Positions 47,353 to 58,158 are shown, counted from the stretch's first letter. The stretch: DNA of 64,000 bases from an uncultured Terricaulis sp. (GCA_964653495.1 CAZZFE010000016.1:2689-66688), one strand, 5' to 3'. Program-made: numbers and translations. Notes: generated from the letters alone by a model not told the origin.

Positions 47353-47561
47353 GCGAAACGATCACTAGGTCTGGTTTGCGCCTGCGGAACATTCGCGGAT
47401 GCGATCCAGGAATGGTGGCGGATCAGCGCGCAAAGCGATTCGGATGTTCCTGATATTCCCCAAAATCAGGGACTTGGCCCGTTAACGCCTGAGCCCGGTT
47501 TTGCGACGAACGGCGCGTCCGCCGGCAGCTTGGCGCGCATCCCCAAAGCGGAGGGATCAAT

Positions 47562-49019
47562 ATGCGTCTTCGCTCGACCTTGGCCGCGCTTGCTCTGCTT
47601 GCGTCATCCGCTGCCGCTCAAACACCCGCGACGCAGGAACGCGACTGGCCGGCGATCACCGCCGCCGACGCGCGCGCCTTCCACGATGAATTGCAGCACA
47701 GCCATCCCGGCCCGATCGACACCGCCAATCCCGGTTTTCAGGCGCTGCTCGATCGCGGGCTCGAGCGCGCGCTCGAACGCTCGCGCAGTGTCCGCGACTA
47801 CGCAGGCTATGTCTGGGCGATGCGTGAGTACGGCGCGACCTTCAACGATGGCCATGTCGGCGTGACGTTGCCGAACGGGCAGACGATGCCCGCGCGTTGG
47901 CCTGGCTTTATGACGCGCTATGCCAACGGCCAGTATTTCGTCTCAAGCCGCACCGAAGCGCAGCACGTTCCGCTGATCGGCGCGCGCCTCGTGAGCTGCG
48001 ATGGCGTTCCGGCGACGGAGCTCGCGCAGCGACGCGTCGCCAGCATTCGCGGCAGCTGGGATCTGGAAGCGACGCGCACCTCGATGGGGTGGCGCTTGCT
48101 TATTGATCAGGGCGATCAATTCGCGCCGGCGCCGCGCCGCTGCCGGTTTGAGAGCGAAGGGCGGACGCGCAGCTACACGCTCAATTGGGCGCCGATCGAG
48201 GAAGCCGAACTCGCGCGCCATCGCGCCACCAGCCAGCAGCGTTTCAATGGCGGCTTCGGCGTCCGCCGCTTTGGCGCGGAGCAGAATTGGTGGGTGTGGA
48301 TGGCGAATTTCGACAGCACCGGCGGCTCCGACAATGCGCGCCAGCTGGCTGAGATCGTCCGTCAACTCGAAGCAGCGGGGCCTGAGCTTCGCAATGCGCG
48401 TCTCGTGGTGCTCGATGTGCGCGGCAATACCGGCGGCTCGTCGACGTGGAGCCAATTGATCGCCAACGCGATCTGGGGCGAGGAGCAAGTCAATCCGCGC
48501 GATCCGCCAGGCGGCTTTGTCGAATGGCGCGTCTCGGACGCGAACATCGCCTACATCGCCAGCCTGCGCGAACGCTGGGCCAATGATCAGAACGTGCCGC
48601 AAGCGTCGCGAACTTGGGGTGACACGGCGTACGCTGGCCTCACCGGCGCGCGCGATGCGGGGCAGGCGCTTTGGCGTCAAGGCGAGTCACGGCCAATGCC
48701 AGCGCCTTTGCCGCCGCCGACAGGTCCGCGCGTCATCATCGTCGCTGACACTGTGTGCGCCTCAGCGTGTCTCGATGCGCTCGACATCTGGCGCGCAATG
48801 GGCGCGACACAGGTCGGCGTCGTGACCGGCGCGGACACCGTGTACATGGAGGTGCGCCGCGCCGAACTACCGAGCGGTTTGATGTTCGGCATCGTGCCGA
48901 TGAAGGTCTATCGCGAGCGTCCGCGCGGCCATAACGAGCCGTATCAGCCGCACATCCGCTACGATGGCGATATGTCCGACACCGCCGCGCTCGAGGCTTG
49001 GATCAGCGCTTTGCCGTAA
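47562..49019 (+). CDS. S41-family peptidase-like exported protein
   Basis: Signal peptide; DGH, LDVRGNTGGS, CASAC and TGADT. Confidence 0.75.
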   Translation: MRLRSTLAALALLASSAAAQTPATQERDWPAITAADARAFHDELQHSHPGPIDTANPGFQALLDRGLERALERSRSVRDYAGYVWAMREYGATFNDGHVGVTLPNGQTMPARWPGFMTRYANGQYFVSSRTEAQHVPLIGARLVSCDGVPATELAQRRVASIRGSWDLEATRTSMGWRLLIDQGDQFAPAPRRCRFESEGRTRSYTLNWAPIEEAELARHRATSQQRFNGGFGVRRFGAEQNWWVWMANFDSTGGSDNARQLAEIVRQLEAAGPELRNARLVVLDVRGNTGGSSTWSQLIANAIWGEEQVNPRDPPGGFVEWRVSDANIAYIASLRERWANDQNVPQASRTWGDTAYAGLTGARDAGQALWRQGESRPMPAPLPPPTGPRVIIVADTVCASACLDALDIWRAMGATQVGVVTGADTVYMEVRRAELPSGLMFGIVPMKVYRERPRGHNEPYQPHIRYDGDMSDTAALEAWISALP

Positions 49020-49422
49020 GCTGCGGCAGGTGCGCCCAGGCGACGGCGATCAAGCACACAAGCAGCAGCACGGAATATTCCATGCCGTTGCGGCCTGAGC
49101 CGACGACGAACCAGCCGGCCGGGAAGTGCACGAGATACGCGCCGAGCCCAACGATGCCGATGTGGCCCAGGCACGCGAGCGTCACGAAGCGCCGCGCGAT
49201 CAAAAACAGCGGCGCGATCAATTCGTAGATTGTCACGCCCGCGGCCCAATAGAAGCCTTCGGGAAAGCCAAGCGAGCTTAGCCACTGGCCAAAGCCGGTG
49301 ACGTTGGGATCCCAATGCGCGGCGCGGTGGGCGCCGTGGATGAAGATCAGGATCGCGGTGGCGACGCGTACGAGATCGAGCGCGCGGATAGCCCGCGCGC
49401 CCTCAGGCGCAGGTCCGAACAT
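49003..49422 (-). CDS. DoxX-family membrane protein
   Basis: RVATAILIFIHG and GWFVVGSGRNGMEYS. Confidence 0.85.
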   Translation of the reverse strand: MFGPAPEGARAIRALDLVRVATAILIFIHGAHRAAHWDPNVTGFGQWLSSLGFPEGFYWAAGVTIYELIAPLFLIARRFVTLACLGHIGIVGLGAYLVHFPAGWFVVGSGRNGMEYSVLLLVCLIAVAWAHLPQLTAKR

Positions 49423-49432
49423 TGTCTCCCCC

Positions 49433-50467
49433 TCACAGGCGGCGCAGCGCGCCGAGCAATGTCTGCATATCCTGCGGGAGCGGCGCTTCGAAACGCAACG
49501 TCTGATCGGTGATCGGATGGACGAAACCCAACACGGCTGCGTGAAGAGCTTGGCGCGGGAACTCGCGCGCCGCTTCGTCCGCCGCTGCTGCGTGCGGGCC
49601 GACGGCCTTGAGCGCGCGCTGCTTGCCGTAGAGCGGATCGCCAATCAGCGGGCAGCCGAGATGGGCGAGGTGAGCGCGGATCTGGTGCGTGCGGCCGGTT
49701 TTAAGTCGGCACTCGATCAAGGCCGCCGCTGGATGGCCGGCGCTGGCGCCATCGAGTTGGCCGAAGCTCTCGATCGTCCAATAATCGCTGATCGCCATCT
49801 TGCCGGCTTCGGTGTCCGGATTGCGCGCGACGACGAACTTGCGGCGATCCTCGCCTGAGCGGACGAGCCTGTTCTCGATGCGCCCGGTGCGCTCGCGCGG
49901 CGCGCCGCGTGTGACGGCGTAATAGGCGCGCTCGAGGTCATGCTTCGCGAACAGCTTCGCCAGCCCGCTATGCGTCGCATCGTTCTTCGCAACGACAACG
50001 AGCCCGGTCGTGTCTTTATCGATGCGATGAACGATGCCTGGCCGCGCGACGCCGCCGATGCCAGAGAGGCTGTCGCCGCAATGCGCGAGCAGGGCGTTGA
50101 CGAGGGTGCCGCGCATCGAGCCCGGCGCGGGATGCACCGCCATGCCGGCGGCCTTGTTGACGATAACGAGGTTTGCATCCTCGAACACGATGTTGAGCGG
50201 GATCGCTTCCGGTTGCGGCGAGGCCGGCTCCGGCGGCGGCAGGATCAGCTCGTAGCGCGCGCCGGCGCGGGTTTTGTCCTTCGCGTGCGTCACCGGCGCG
50301 CCATCGACGCTCAACTTGCCCGCGCCAATCAGTCCCTGCACGCGCGAGCGCGACAGGTCCGGCCAAAGCTTGCCTAGCCACGCATCCACGCGCTCGCCCT
50401 CGGCCTCCGCCGGCGCAACCGCCACGCGCGGCTCACCCGGCGCAAATTCTTCAAGTTCGTCGTCCAC
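49433..50467 (-). CDS. rluD: RluA-family 23S rRNA pseudouridine synthase
   Basis: S4-like N-terminus; NKAAGMAVHP, HRIDKDTTG, TGRTHQIR and RQALHA; near rpoH. Confidence 0.88.
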   Translation of the reverse strand: MDDELEEFAPGEPRVAVAPAEAEGERVDAWLGKLWPDLSRSRVQGLIGAGKLSVDGAPVTHAKDKTRAGARYELILPPPEPASPQPEAIPLNIVFEDANLVIVNKAAGMAVHPAPGSMRGTLVNALLAHCGDSLSGIGGVARPGIVHRIDKDTTGLVVVAKNDATHSGLAKLFAKHDLERAYYAVTRGAPRERTGRIENRLVRSGEDRRKFVVARNPDTEAGKMAISDYWTIESFGQLDGASAGHPAAALIECRLKTGRTHQIRAHLAHLGCPLIGDPLYGKQRALKAVGPHAAAADEAAREFPRQALHAAVLGFVHPITDQTLRFEAPLPQDMQTLLGALRRL

Positions 50468-50503
50468 GGCGCTTCCTAGCCACTGCAACCAAACAAATCA
50501 CTA

Positions 50504-50605
50504 CGTCATCCCGGACACGCGAAGCGTGATCCGGGACCCAGGGGCAAACGACGCGCTTGTGGCCCCTGGGTCCCGGGTTCGTGCTCCGCACGCCCCGGGA
50601 TGACG
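50504..50605. repeat. REP-like inverted pair (GTCAT...ATGAC family)
   Basis: CGTCATCCCGG...CCGGGACCCAGGGGC and GCCCCTGGGTCCCGG...CCGGGATGACG. Confidence 0.8.
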
Positions 50606-50662
50606 GAGTTGTTGTTGCTCGGCCTGTTGGCTCGGTCCAAAAGTGCCGCCAGGGAGGGGCGC

Positions 50663-51709
50663 TTGGCACTCGACTTTACGGCTCTGGCGGTCACGTACGT
50701 GATCGGCGTGGCGTTCCTGATTTGGGGCTACGCCGCTGGCGGCCCGGTTTGGGTCGAGCGGCACTCGATCCAGATCAGCGGCCCGGGCAAGCCGCGCCGC
50801 GTCTCGGGCTTCTGGGGCGAGTGGGTGCTGTTCACCGGCTGCGCCGCCGTCGCGGCTACCGTCCGCGCCTTCACCGATGTCGCCATCGTTCAAGACATGC
50901 TCGCGCCGAACTGGGGCGCGGCGCTTGCGGTGTTCCTCATCATGATCGGCGTGGTGTGGGCCTATTCCGGCAGCGTCGTCTCCGCCGCGCGCAAGGACGG
51001 CAAGGACGCGCTCTATCTGAAGCGCCTCGGCGCCGCGTACCGGCCATATGCGTTCTACGCTGCGATCCTGTTTGCTGGCGGCATCATGGTGCTCGGCCTG
51101 TTGGCGGTGGAATTCGCGCACGATCAGCGCGCCTTCAACACGCAAGCCGACATCGTTCGCCAGTCCGTTGATAACGCCATCATCGCCGCGCGTACGCAGG
51201 GCGACGTGCTGGAATCCGCGCGGCGCGGGCTCACTTACCTGGAGGACGCGGTCGGCGAGATCGCCGTGTCACAGAACATTCTTCAGGATCAAATGAACCC
51301 GGTGTTCATTTTCGCCGCTGTGATTTTCGCGGTGAACATCTTGATCGTTCTGTCGCCGATCCGCCAAGCCTTCATGCAAGGCGCTGTGGATGCAACCCAC
51401 ATCACGACCGGCGTCGCCATCGCCGGCATACTCATCGCCGGCTTCGTGAGCTATTTCGTGTCCTACGCGCAAGTGATTCAGGACACGCTCGCGCGGATGG
51501 AAGCCGCGCACCCGCCGGCAGCTCTTGGCGCGTGGGAATTGTCGCAACGCTACAACGAAATGGTGGTGGAATTGAACCGCAGCAAGAATCTGCTCGGCTT
51601 CGCGCAAGCGATCGGCGGCGAGGGCTCAGGCCTCGCGCTGTTCGCGGCGGCGATCCAGTTCACGGTCGATCGCATTCCAGGGCGCGAAGAGCGCAAGGCG
51701 GAGGCGTGA
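50663..51709 (+). CDS. Multi-pass membrane protein, unknown function
   Basis: Long ORF with typical codon usage and about 7 hydrophobic segments; TTG start after GGAGG. Confidence 0.65.
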   Translation: MALDFTALAVTYVIGVAFLIWGYAAGGPVWVERHSIQISGPGKPRRVSGFWGEWVLFTGCAAVAATVRAFTDVAIVQDMLAPNWGAALAVFLIMIGVVWAYSGSVVSAARKDGKDALYLKRLGAAYRPYAFYAAILFAGGIMVLGLLAVEFAHDQRAFNTQADIVRQSVDNAIIAARTQGDVLESARRGLTYLEDAVGEIAVSQNILQDQMNPVFIFAAVIFAVNILIVLSPIRQAFMQGAVDATHITTGVAIAGILIAGFVSYFVSYAQVIQDTLARMEAAHPPAALGAWELSQRYNEMVVELNRSKNLLGFAQAIGGEGSGLALFAAAIQFTVDRIPGREERKAEA

Positions 51710-51710
51710 G

Positions 51711-52754
51711 ATGCGGCGTTTTCTCATCGGCTTGGCAATCGTCGTCGTTCTGCTCGGCGCGTGGATCGGCGTGTTTCTGATGGTCAACAAGAACGCCGTG
51801 GCGCAAAGCAAGGATGTGCAGCTCGACGCGAGCGCGTCGGATGTCGTCGCCGGCGAGACGCTCGACATCCTGAACTGGAACCTCGGCTATGCCGGCCTCG
51901 GCGCCGGCAGCGATTTCGTCGCTGATGGCGGAACGCACATGTTCCCGCCCTCGCAGCAAGCCGTGCGCGCCAATGTCGCCGGCATCGAGGCTGTGCTGCG
52001 CGGGCGAGAGGATGACGTGTTCATCTTCCAGGAAATGGCGCATGGCGGGCCGGTCAATTATTGGGTGAACCTCAAAGGCCACGTCGACACCACGCTCGCC
52101 GGCCGCAATCGCGTCTTCTTCGCCGATTTCAAAACCCGCCTCATGCCGTGGCCGCTGCGCATGGAGCATGGCCAGGCGATCTATTCACGCTTCGCGCTCG
52201 AAGGCGCCGACGTCGTGCCGCTGCCGGCGGAGGATAGCGGCATCTTCGGCGTCCGCCGGCGCTATGCGTCCGTTGTCGCGCGCATGCCGATGCAAAACGG
52301 CCCCGGCTGGACGATCGCCAGCGTCCACCTTGCTGCATTTGACGATGACGCCGCCGTGCGCACGCGCCAGCTGCACGAGGTGCTCGCCTGGGCGCAGCGC
52401 GAGTATGAAAGCGGCCGGCACGTCGTGCTCGGCGGCGATTGGAACCTGCAACTCGCCGAAACCAATTTCCCGCACAATACGGATCAGCGCTTTCTCTTCT
52501 GGCTGTTCCCGTTCCCGCACGAGGCGCTGCCGGAAGGCTGGCGCATCGCCGCGGACGCGAGCATCCCGAGCGTGCGCACCAATCACAAGCCGTATGTCGC
52601 CGGCGAGAACTACGTCACCACTATCGATGGCTACATCGTTTCACCGAACGTCACGGTGGAAGCCGTGAACGGCCTCGATCTCGGCTTCGAACATACAGAC
52701 CACCAGCCTGTGCACCTGCGCGTGCGGGCGATCACGCCCGGAGTCACGCCATGA
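51711..52754 (+). CDS. Endonuclease/exonuclease/phosphatase family protein
   Basis: WNLGYAG, QE, HLAAFD, GGDWN, IDG and TDHQPV. Confidence 0.88.
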   Translation: MRRFLIGLAIVVVLLGAWIGVFLMVNKNAVAQSKDVQLDASASDVVAGETLDILNWNLGYAGLGAGSDFVADGGTHMFPPSQQAVRANVAGIEAVLRGREDDVFIFQEMAHGGPVNYWVNLKGHVDTTLAGRNRVFFADFKTRLMPWPLRMEHGQAIYSRFALEGADVVPLPAEDSGIFGVRRRYASVVARMPMQNGPGWTIASVHLAAFDDDAAVRTRQLHEVLAWAQREYESGRHVVLGGDWNLQLAETNFPHNTDQRFLFWLFPFPHEALPEGWRIAADASIPSVRTNHKPYVAGENYVTTIDGYIVSPNVTVEAVNGLDLGFEHTDHQPVHLRVRAITPGVTP

Positions 52755-54601
52755 GCCGCAACCTAAAGCTCAGCCGCCGCGCGGCGATCCTCGCTGGCGC
52801 TGGCGTCGCCGCCGCGTGCGCGCGCAACGCCGAGACGCCGCCGTACGAAGGCGGCGTGCAATTCGTGCACGGGATCGCCTCCGGCGACCCGCAGCACGAC
52901 AAGGTGATCATCTGGACGCGCGTCACGCCGGACGCCGCCGGCCCCGTGCCGGTGCGCTGGATTCTCGCGCGCAACCGTGAACTCACCGATATCGTCAAAA
53001 CCGGCGTATACGACGCCACCGAAGCGCGCGACTACACCGTGAAGATTGACGTCACCGGCCTCCGCGCTGGTGCACCGTATTTCTACGGCTTCCGCGCCGG
53101 GCAGGCGGAGAGCGCCGTCGGCAAAACCAAGACGCTTCCGCGCCGCAACGTCGAGAACGTCAAGATCGCCGTCGCCTCGTGCGCCTCCTACAGCCACGGC
53201 TTCTTCAACGCCTACAAAGCCATCTCCGAGCGCGATGATCTCGACGCCGTGATCCATCTCGGTGACTACATCTACGAATACGGCCTCGATGGGTATGGCG
53301 GCGCGATCGGCTTGCGCCTTGGTCGCGTGCTTGAGCCGCAAGTCGAGTGCGTGTCGCTCGCCGATTATCGCCAGCGCCACGCGCAATATAAGCGTGAAGC
53401 GGAACTCCAAGCCGCGCATGCGATCGCGCCGTGGATTGTCGTCTGGGACGATCACGAGACGGCGAACGATCTGTGGTCCAACGGTGCGCAGAACCACAGC
53501 GAAAGCGAAGGCCAGTTCGCCGCGCGCAAGCAGGCGGCATTGCAAGCTTATTACGAATGGATGCCGATCCGCGATCCGGAGACGGGCCGTGCGTTTGAGG
53601 CGATCAATCGCAGCTTCCGCTTCGGCGACGTGATGACGCTCATCATGCTGGAAACGCGCTTGCTCGCGCGCAGCCAGGCGCTCGATTACAACACGAGCTT
53701 TCCGATCGCGATGCAGCGTTGGGATTTCGCCAATCCCGCCCAGCCCGTGGCGCTGCGCGATACGGAAGCCGACACGCCGACCATGCGGCGCTTGCCGGCG
53801 ATCTTCGAGATGGCGGGCGGTGAAATCCGCTCCGTACTCGACTGGCGTCGCGCCGGCGCCATGGTCGCCAATCCGCAATCGCTGCCGCAGGGCTTCTTCC
53901 TCGGCCCGGACATGGTCGCGCTCAACGCGCTGCTGAACGATCCCGAGCGCCAACTCATGGGCCAGGCGCAGGAGCAATGGCTCGCGCGCGAGCTGGCGGA
54001 TTCCAAAAATGGCGGCGTTGCCTGGCAGGTGCTCGGCAATCAAGTGCTGATGGCGCAGATCATCGCGCCGGATTTGTCACGCACGCCGCCGGCTTTGGCG
54101 ACCGCGCTTGACGCGTTGCAGCCGGGTGTGTCGCGTTTGCTTGGCTTCACGCGCTGGCCGATCCCGGTGACGACGGATGGTTGGGATGGCTACAGCGCCA
54201 ACCGTACGCGCGTGCTGCAGATGATCCGCAACGCGCAAGCCAACGCGCTTGTGCTCACCGGCGATAGCCACGCGGCTTGGGCGAACGAGGTGCTGGATGC
54301 GGATGGGCGTGTCGCTGTGGAACTCGCGGGCACGTCGATCACCTCCGCGAGCGACGCGGGTTATTTCGCGCAGGTCGGCATCGATTTCGCCGACGGGCTG
54401 CGCCTGCGCAATCCGCACATCAAGTGGACCGATCAGCTCAATCGCGGCTTCATGGTGGTGACGCTTAGCCGCGAAGAGGCGCTGGCGGAATATTTCGTGG
54501 TGTCGAGTGTGTCGTCGCGCGAATACGAAACCGCCCGCGCCGCCGCGTTCACAATCGCCAACACGCCAGCGGGTGCAGGTGAAATCACGCCGGCGGGTTA
54601 G
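52751..54601 (+). CDS. phoD: Alkaline phosphatase D family (Tat-exported)
   Basis: SRRAAIL signal; HGIASGDP, HLGDYIYE, WDDHE, WDGY and TGDSH. Confidence 0.9.
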   Translation: MSRNLKLSRRAAILAGAGVAAACARNAETPPYEGGVQFVHGIASGDPQHDKVIIWTRVTPDAAGPVPVRWILARNRELTDIVKTGVYDATEARDYTVKIDVTGLRAGAPYFYGFRAGQAESAVGKTKTLPRRNVENVKIAVASCASYSHGFFNAYKAISERDDLDAVIHLGDYIYEYGLDGYGGAIGLRLGRVLEPQVECVSLADYRQRHAQYKREAELQAAHAIAPWIVVWDDHETANDLWSNGAQNHSESEGQFAARKQAALQAYYEWMPIRDPETGRAFEAINRSFRFGDVMTLIMLETRLLARSQALDYNTSFPIAMQRWDFANPAQPVALRDTEADTPTMRRLPAIFEMAGGEIRSVLDWRRAGAMVANPQSLPQGFFLGPDMVALNALLNDPERQLMGQAQEQWLARELADSKNGGVAWQVLGNQVLMAQIIAPDLSRTPPALATALDALQPGVSRLLGFTRWPIPVTTDGWDGYSANRTRVLQMIRNAQANALVLTGDSHAAWANEVLDADGRVAVELAGTSITSASDAGYFAQVGIDFADGLRLRNPHIKWTDQLNRGFMVVTLSREEALAEYFVVSSVSSREYETARAAAFTIANTPAGAGEITPAG

Positions 54602-55701
54602 TTCTTCGCGGCGCCAAGCCGCGAGACGTTGCTTGGGCCGCGCATGAACGCATCCAGCTCCGGCGAGTGCTCACCATCGAGCCATTCTTCCGCCAACTCG
54701 CCGAACACCGGTGCGTATTTGAAGCCGTGGCCGGAGCAGGCGGAGAACATCAGCACGCGCTCATGCGCGCTGCTTTGCGCGATCAGGAAATGTTCGTCGG
54801 GCGTCACCGTATAGAGGCAGCGCGCCATGCGCACGGGCGTGGGATCGTGCTTCGGAAAATGCATGCGCATCTGCTCCCCGAGCATTTCCGCGTCCTTCTC
54901 ATCCGCGTCGCGCACGATTTCAGGATCATCCACCGCGCCGCCGACAGCGTGCAGGCCAATCTTGTAGTGCCCGCGCGGCGCGGGCATGCCGTAGAGGCCT
55001 TCTTCGTTATCGACGCAGAGGATCGGCAGCATGCGCGGCTCTGGCGTTGCGAACCAACCGAGGATGCGGCGCTTCACGGCAAGCCGCCCCGCGAATTCTG
55101 GCATCAGCCGCGCCGCCCAAGCGCCGCCGGCGACGATCACCGCGTCAAACTCACGTTGCTCGCCGTTGATCTTGAGCGTGGTGCTTTCGATCGGCGCTTC
55201 AACGCGTGTGTTGGCATAAAGGTTCGCGCCCCAACGCGGCGCTTGGCGGATCAGGAACGCGCGCGTCGCTTCGGCGGCGATCACGCCAGAATCTTCCTGA
55301 CGCAGCACCTCCCATTCGCGCGGCATCGCCAGATAGCCGCGCGTCAAAGCGTGCAGCGTGTCGCCACGCAGTGGCGCGACGGGCGTCGCCGCAAGCGCCA
55401 AGCAGGAAGCGATAAACGGCGAGCCCTTCGGCCCCGCCATCACGCCGCCCGTCCACTCGATCAGCGGCCGGCCGGCCAAGCCTTCCCAGGTGCGCCATTG
55501 CGGCTGCGCGCGTTTCGCGAGGCGTTGATACACTTCGCCTTCGCCGGGCGTGAGGCGGATGATGCGCGTGTCGCCGTGCGATGAGCCGCGCTCGTGCGAG
55601 AGATCAAATTGTTCGAAACCCGAAACGTCATGGCCGGCGACGGCCAGGCGCGCGCAGATGCTCAAGCCCGCAACGCCCAAACCAACAACCGCGACCTTCA
55701 A
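54598..55701 (-). CDS. FAD-dependent N-methyl amino acid oxidase (SolA/sarcosine oxidase family)
   Basis: GLGVAG, GSSHGDTRIIR, CLYTVTPDEHF and SGHGFK. Confidence 0.88.
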   Translation of the reverse strand: MKVAVVGLGVAGLSICARLAVAGHDVSGFEQFDLSHERGSSHGDTRIIRLTPGEGEVYQRLAKRAQPQWRTWEGLAGRPLIEWTGGVMAGPKGSPFIASCLALAATPVAPLRGDTLHALTRGYLAMPREWEVLRQEDSGVIAAEATRAFLIRQAPRWGANLYANTRVEAPIESTTLKINGEQREFDAVIVAGGAWAARLMPEFAGRLAVKRRILGWFATPEPRMLPILCVDNEEGLYGMPAPRGHYKIGLHAVGGAVDDPEIVRDADEKDAEMLGEQMRMHFPKHDPTPVRMARCLYTVTPDEHFLIAQSSAHERVLMFSACSGHGFKYAPVFGELAEEWLDGEHSPELDAFMRGPSNVSRLGAAKN

Positions 55702-55724
55702 CGCGCACTCCCGCGCGACGCGCT

Positions 55725-55955
55725 TTAAGCGGCCAAATCAAGCCGTTCTGCGCCGCGCTCGTTCAGCATCGCCGAAAGCGCGCGTGGGTCAATCGCCTTG
55801 TGGTTCAGCGCGCCGTCATGGCCGATCGCGCGCATGAGCGTCTCATGCACGAATTGGTTCGACGCATTGAGATCGCGCCCGCAAAATTGCGCGTACGACC
55901 TCAACGCGTCGGCCAGGGCAAGGAATTGGTCTGCTGTCACGCACACAGGACTCAA
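55725..55955 (-). CDS. Small protein resembling an isolated ECF sigma region 2
   Basis: LRSYAQFCGRDLNASNQFVHETLMRAI resembles LRAFARSL...ADDLVQETLLRA; start uncertain. Confidence 0.4.
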   Translation of the reverse strand: MSPVCVTADQFLALADALRSYAQFCGRDLNASNQFVHETLMRAIGHDGALNHKAIDPRALSAMLNERGAERLDLAA

Positions 55956-56148
55956 CTGAGTCGGAGACAGGATCGTGACGCGATTGAGTCAATCGTGACG
56001 TATTAATTAACGTGAACGCCAACCGTTCTCCGGGGCTTCGCGCAGCGAAGAACCCGGAGCCCATCGCACGTTCAAACTCCAGCGTTCGCAGTCTCGCGCA
56101 ACTAGGACTCCGGGTTCGATGCTGCGCATCGCCCCGGAGAACGTGTGC

Positions 56149-56502
56149 TCAGGTGAGGACGCCGTCTTTCGAAACGATCCGGTAAAAGCATGTCCGCTGC
56201 CCGGTGTGGCAGGCAGCGCCGGTTTGCTCCACGCGCAGCAGAACCGCGTCCTGATCGCAATCGATCCGCGCCTCGATCACGCGCTGCACGTGCCCGCTTT
56301 CCTCGCCCTTGCGCCACAGCTTGTTGCGCGAGCGCGACCAATACGTGGCTTGGCCCGTCTCCAGCGTGAGCTTCAGCGCTTCGGCGTTCATCCACGCCAA
56401 CATCAGCACCTCGCCCGTCGCATGATCCTGCGCCACTGCGGCGATCAGGCCGTTGGAATCGTAGCGCGGGGTGAGGGCGGTTGTGGTCTCGATGGTGGAC
56501 AT
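56149..56502 (-). CDS. hisI: Phosphoribosyl-AMP cyclohydrolase
   Basis: [21 protein letters not shown] and [10 protein letters not shown]. Confidence 0.95.
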   Translation of the reverse strand: MSTIETTTALTPRYDSNGLIAAVAQDHATGEVLMLAWMNAEALKLTLETGQATYWSRSRNKLWRKGEESGHVQRVIEARIDCDQDAVLLRVEQTGAACHTGQRTCFYRIVSKDGVLT

Positions 56503-56581
56503 GGCCGCAGCATAGGCCCTCCATTGCCAACGCGCGAGAGGTCGGCTTGAGGGCGGCGGTGACTGGCGCTACCAACATCTA

Positions 56582-57349
56582 ATGCTGAAAGCGGCCGCGC
56601 TGATATTGCTTGTTCTCGGCTTCGCCGAGCCCTCTATGGCGCAAGACGCTGATGAGCGCCTGCTATCGCCGGCTGAACTCAGAGCTGCCGTTGCTGACCG
56701 TGTTGTCTGTCTGCAGGTGTCCAAGGACAATACGTGCAGTGGCGGCGTCCTCTTTTTCGAGAACATCACGGACACAACGGCGCGTGCGCGTGAGGTTGTG
56801 ACCGTGCCGCTGGCGACGTTGGCGTCTGGCGGGCAGGCCGACCTCGCGAGACAAATGCAACGCTACGACGATTTCGCGGACACGTTTCGACGCATCGACG
56901 AGCTTAGCCGTCAGAACAATTTTCCGTTCCTCCGATTGGTTGACGCTCGGGACTACACCTTCGATGCCACGAAGGGGGCATGGTGCGAGGGGCCCGGCTC
57001 GCCGATCGCCGTCCTCGATTTCTACCTGACGAATTCTACTTCGCTGGATGAAGCTGCGGACCTGCCGCTTCCGGACGACCTCAATCGGCAGGTCAGAGTT
57101 TTCTTGATGGCTTTCCTAACCGATGAGAGGGTCCGCGCCTTCTTGCGTGACGTCCCCGATCGGCTCGCCTGGGCGGATTCTCAGCTCGGCGCCAATCCGC
57201 TCTGCGCGCAGCGGTACGGCCGCGACGACGGTGCGGGCCTGACGCTTACGTCGACGCGCTTCGTATCTACCGATGGCGTCGCGCTTCCCGGCCTCGACTC
57301 GCACGTTTCCGTGCTCGATCCGGCGAGCATTGTGTTGGACGTGCGCTAG
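56582..57349 (+). CDS. Exported hypothetical protein
   Basis: Signal peptide, four Cys, somewhat atypical codon usage. Confidence 0.55.
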   Translation: MLKAAALILLVLGFAEPSMAQDADERLLSPAELRAAVADRVVCLQVSKDNTCSGGVLFFENITDTTARAREVVTVPLATLASGGQADLARQMQRYDDFADTFRRIDELSRQNNFPFLRLVDARDYTFDATKGAWCEGPGSPIAVLDFYLTNSTSLDEAADLPLPDDLNRQVRVFLMAFLTDERVRAFLRDVPDRLAWADSQLGANPLCAQRYGRDDGAGLTLTSTRFVSTDGVALPGLDSHVSVLDPASIVLDVR

Positions 57350-57361
57350 GCGCTGAGGGCA

Positions 57362-57973
57362 TCAGTACCCAGCCAGCTTCAAGAACCGATCGCGCAGCTC
57401 GACGTTGTCCTTGAACGCGCCGGTGAAGCTCGTCGTCACTGTCGTCACGTCCTTGTGGTGGACGCCGCGTGTGCTCATGCACTGGTGTTCGGCGTCGATC
57501 AGCACGGCCACGCCCAGCGGCTTCAGCGCGTCGGAGATGGCGTGCGCGACTTGCGCGGTCATGGTCTCTTGCGTCTGCAGGCGCTTGGCGAAAATTTCGA
57601 CAACGCGGGCGATCTTGGAAATGCCGACGACGCGATCGGTCGGCAGGTAAGCGACATACGCCTTGCCCAGGAACGGCGCGATGTGGTGCTCGCAATGGCT
57701 CTCCACGTCGATCTTCTTGAGCATGACCATGTCGTCATAGCCCGAGACTTCCTCGAACGTGCGCGACAGCTCTTCGTTCGGGCAGAGGTCGTAGCCGCGG
57801 AACCATTCGCGGTAGGCGTCGACGACGCGCTGGGGCGTATCGAGCAGGCCTTCACGGTCCGGGTCGTCGCCGGCCCAGGCGATCAGGGTGCGCACGGCTT
57901 CCATCGCCGCTTCGCGCGAAGGCCGCTTTTGCTCTGCCTCATCAGGCGAGCGCCACTTCAGAATTTCACTCAT
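57362..57973 (-). CDS. folE: GTP cyclohydrolase I
   Basis: [28 protein letters not shown] and HQCMSTRGV. Confidence 0.96.
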   Translation of the reverse strand: MSEILKWRSPDEAEQKRPSREAAMEAVRTLIAWAGDDPDREGLLDTPQRVVDAYREWFRGYDLCPNEELSRTFEEVSGYDDMVMLKKIDVESHCEHHIAPFLGKAYVAYLPTDRVVGISKIARVVEIFAKRLQTQETMTAQVAHAISDALKPLGVAVLIDAEHQCMSTRGVHHKDVTTVTTSFTGAFKDNVELRDRFLKLAGY

Positions 57974-58158
57974 GGGGGAGGTCAGTCCTTGGTCTGAGGG
58001 ACGGAGGTCGAGCCGGGAGGGTTCCAAGGCCAATACGGCCCAATTGGACACCCGGACTTAACGCCCGCCCGAAAATTTACCCTCAGGCAGTGGGACCACC
58101 TCGGCCCCGCGCATATGCATATGGAGTGTAGCACGGCCCGCCGCTAGAACCCACCCCC

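Noticed and set aside
50600-50662. ATG at 50600 as the start of the membrane protein
   Set aside because: It lies within the REP arm; TTG at 50663 has a proper RBS.
57974-58158. Folate (THF-II/folE) riboswitch upstream of folE
   Set aside because: I could not see the expected single-stem consensus; an Rfam search would be needed.
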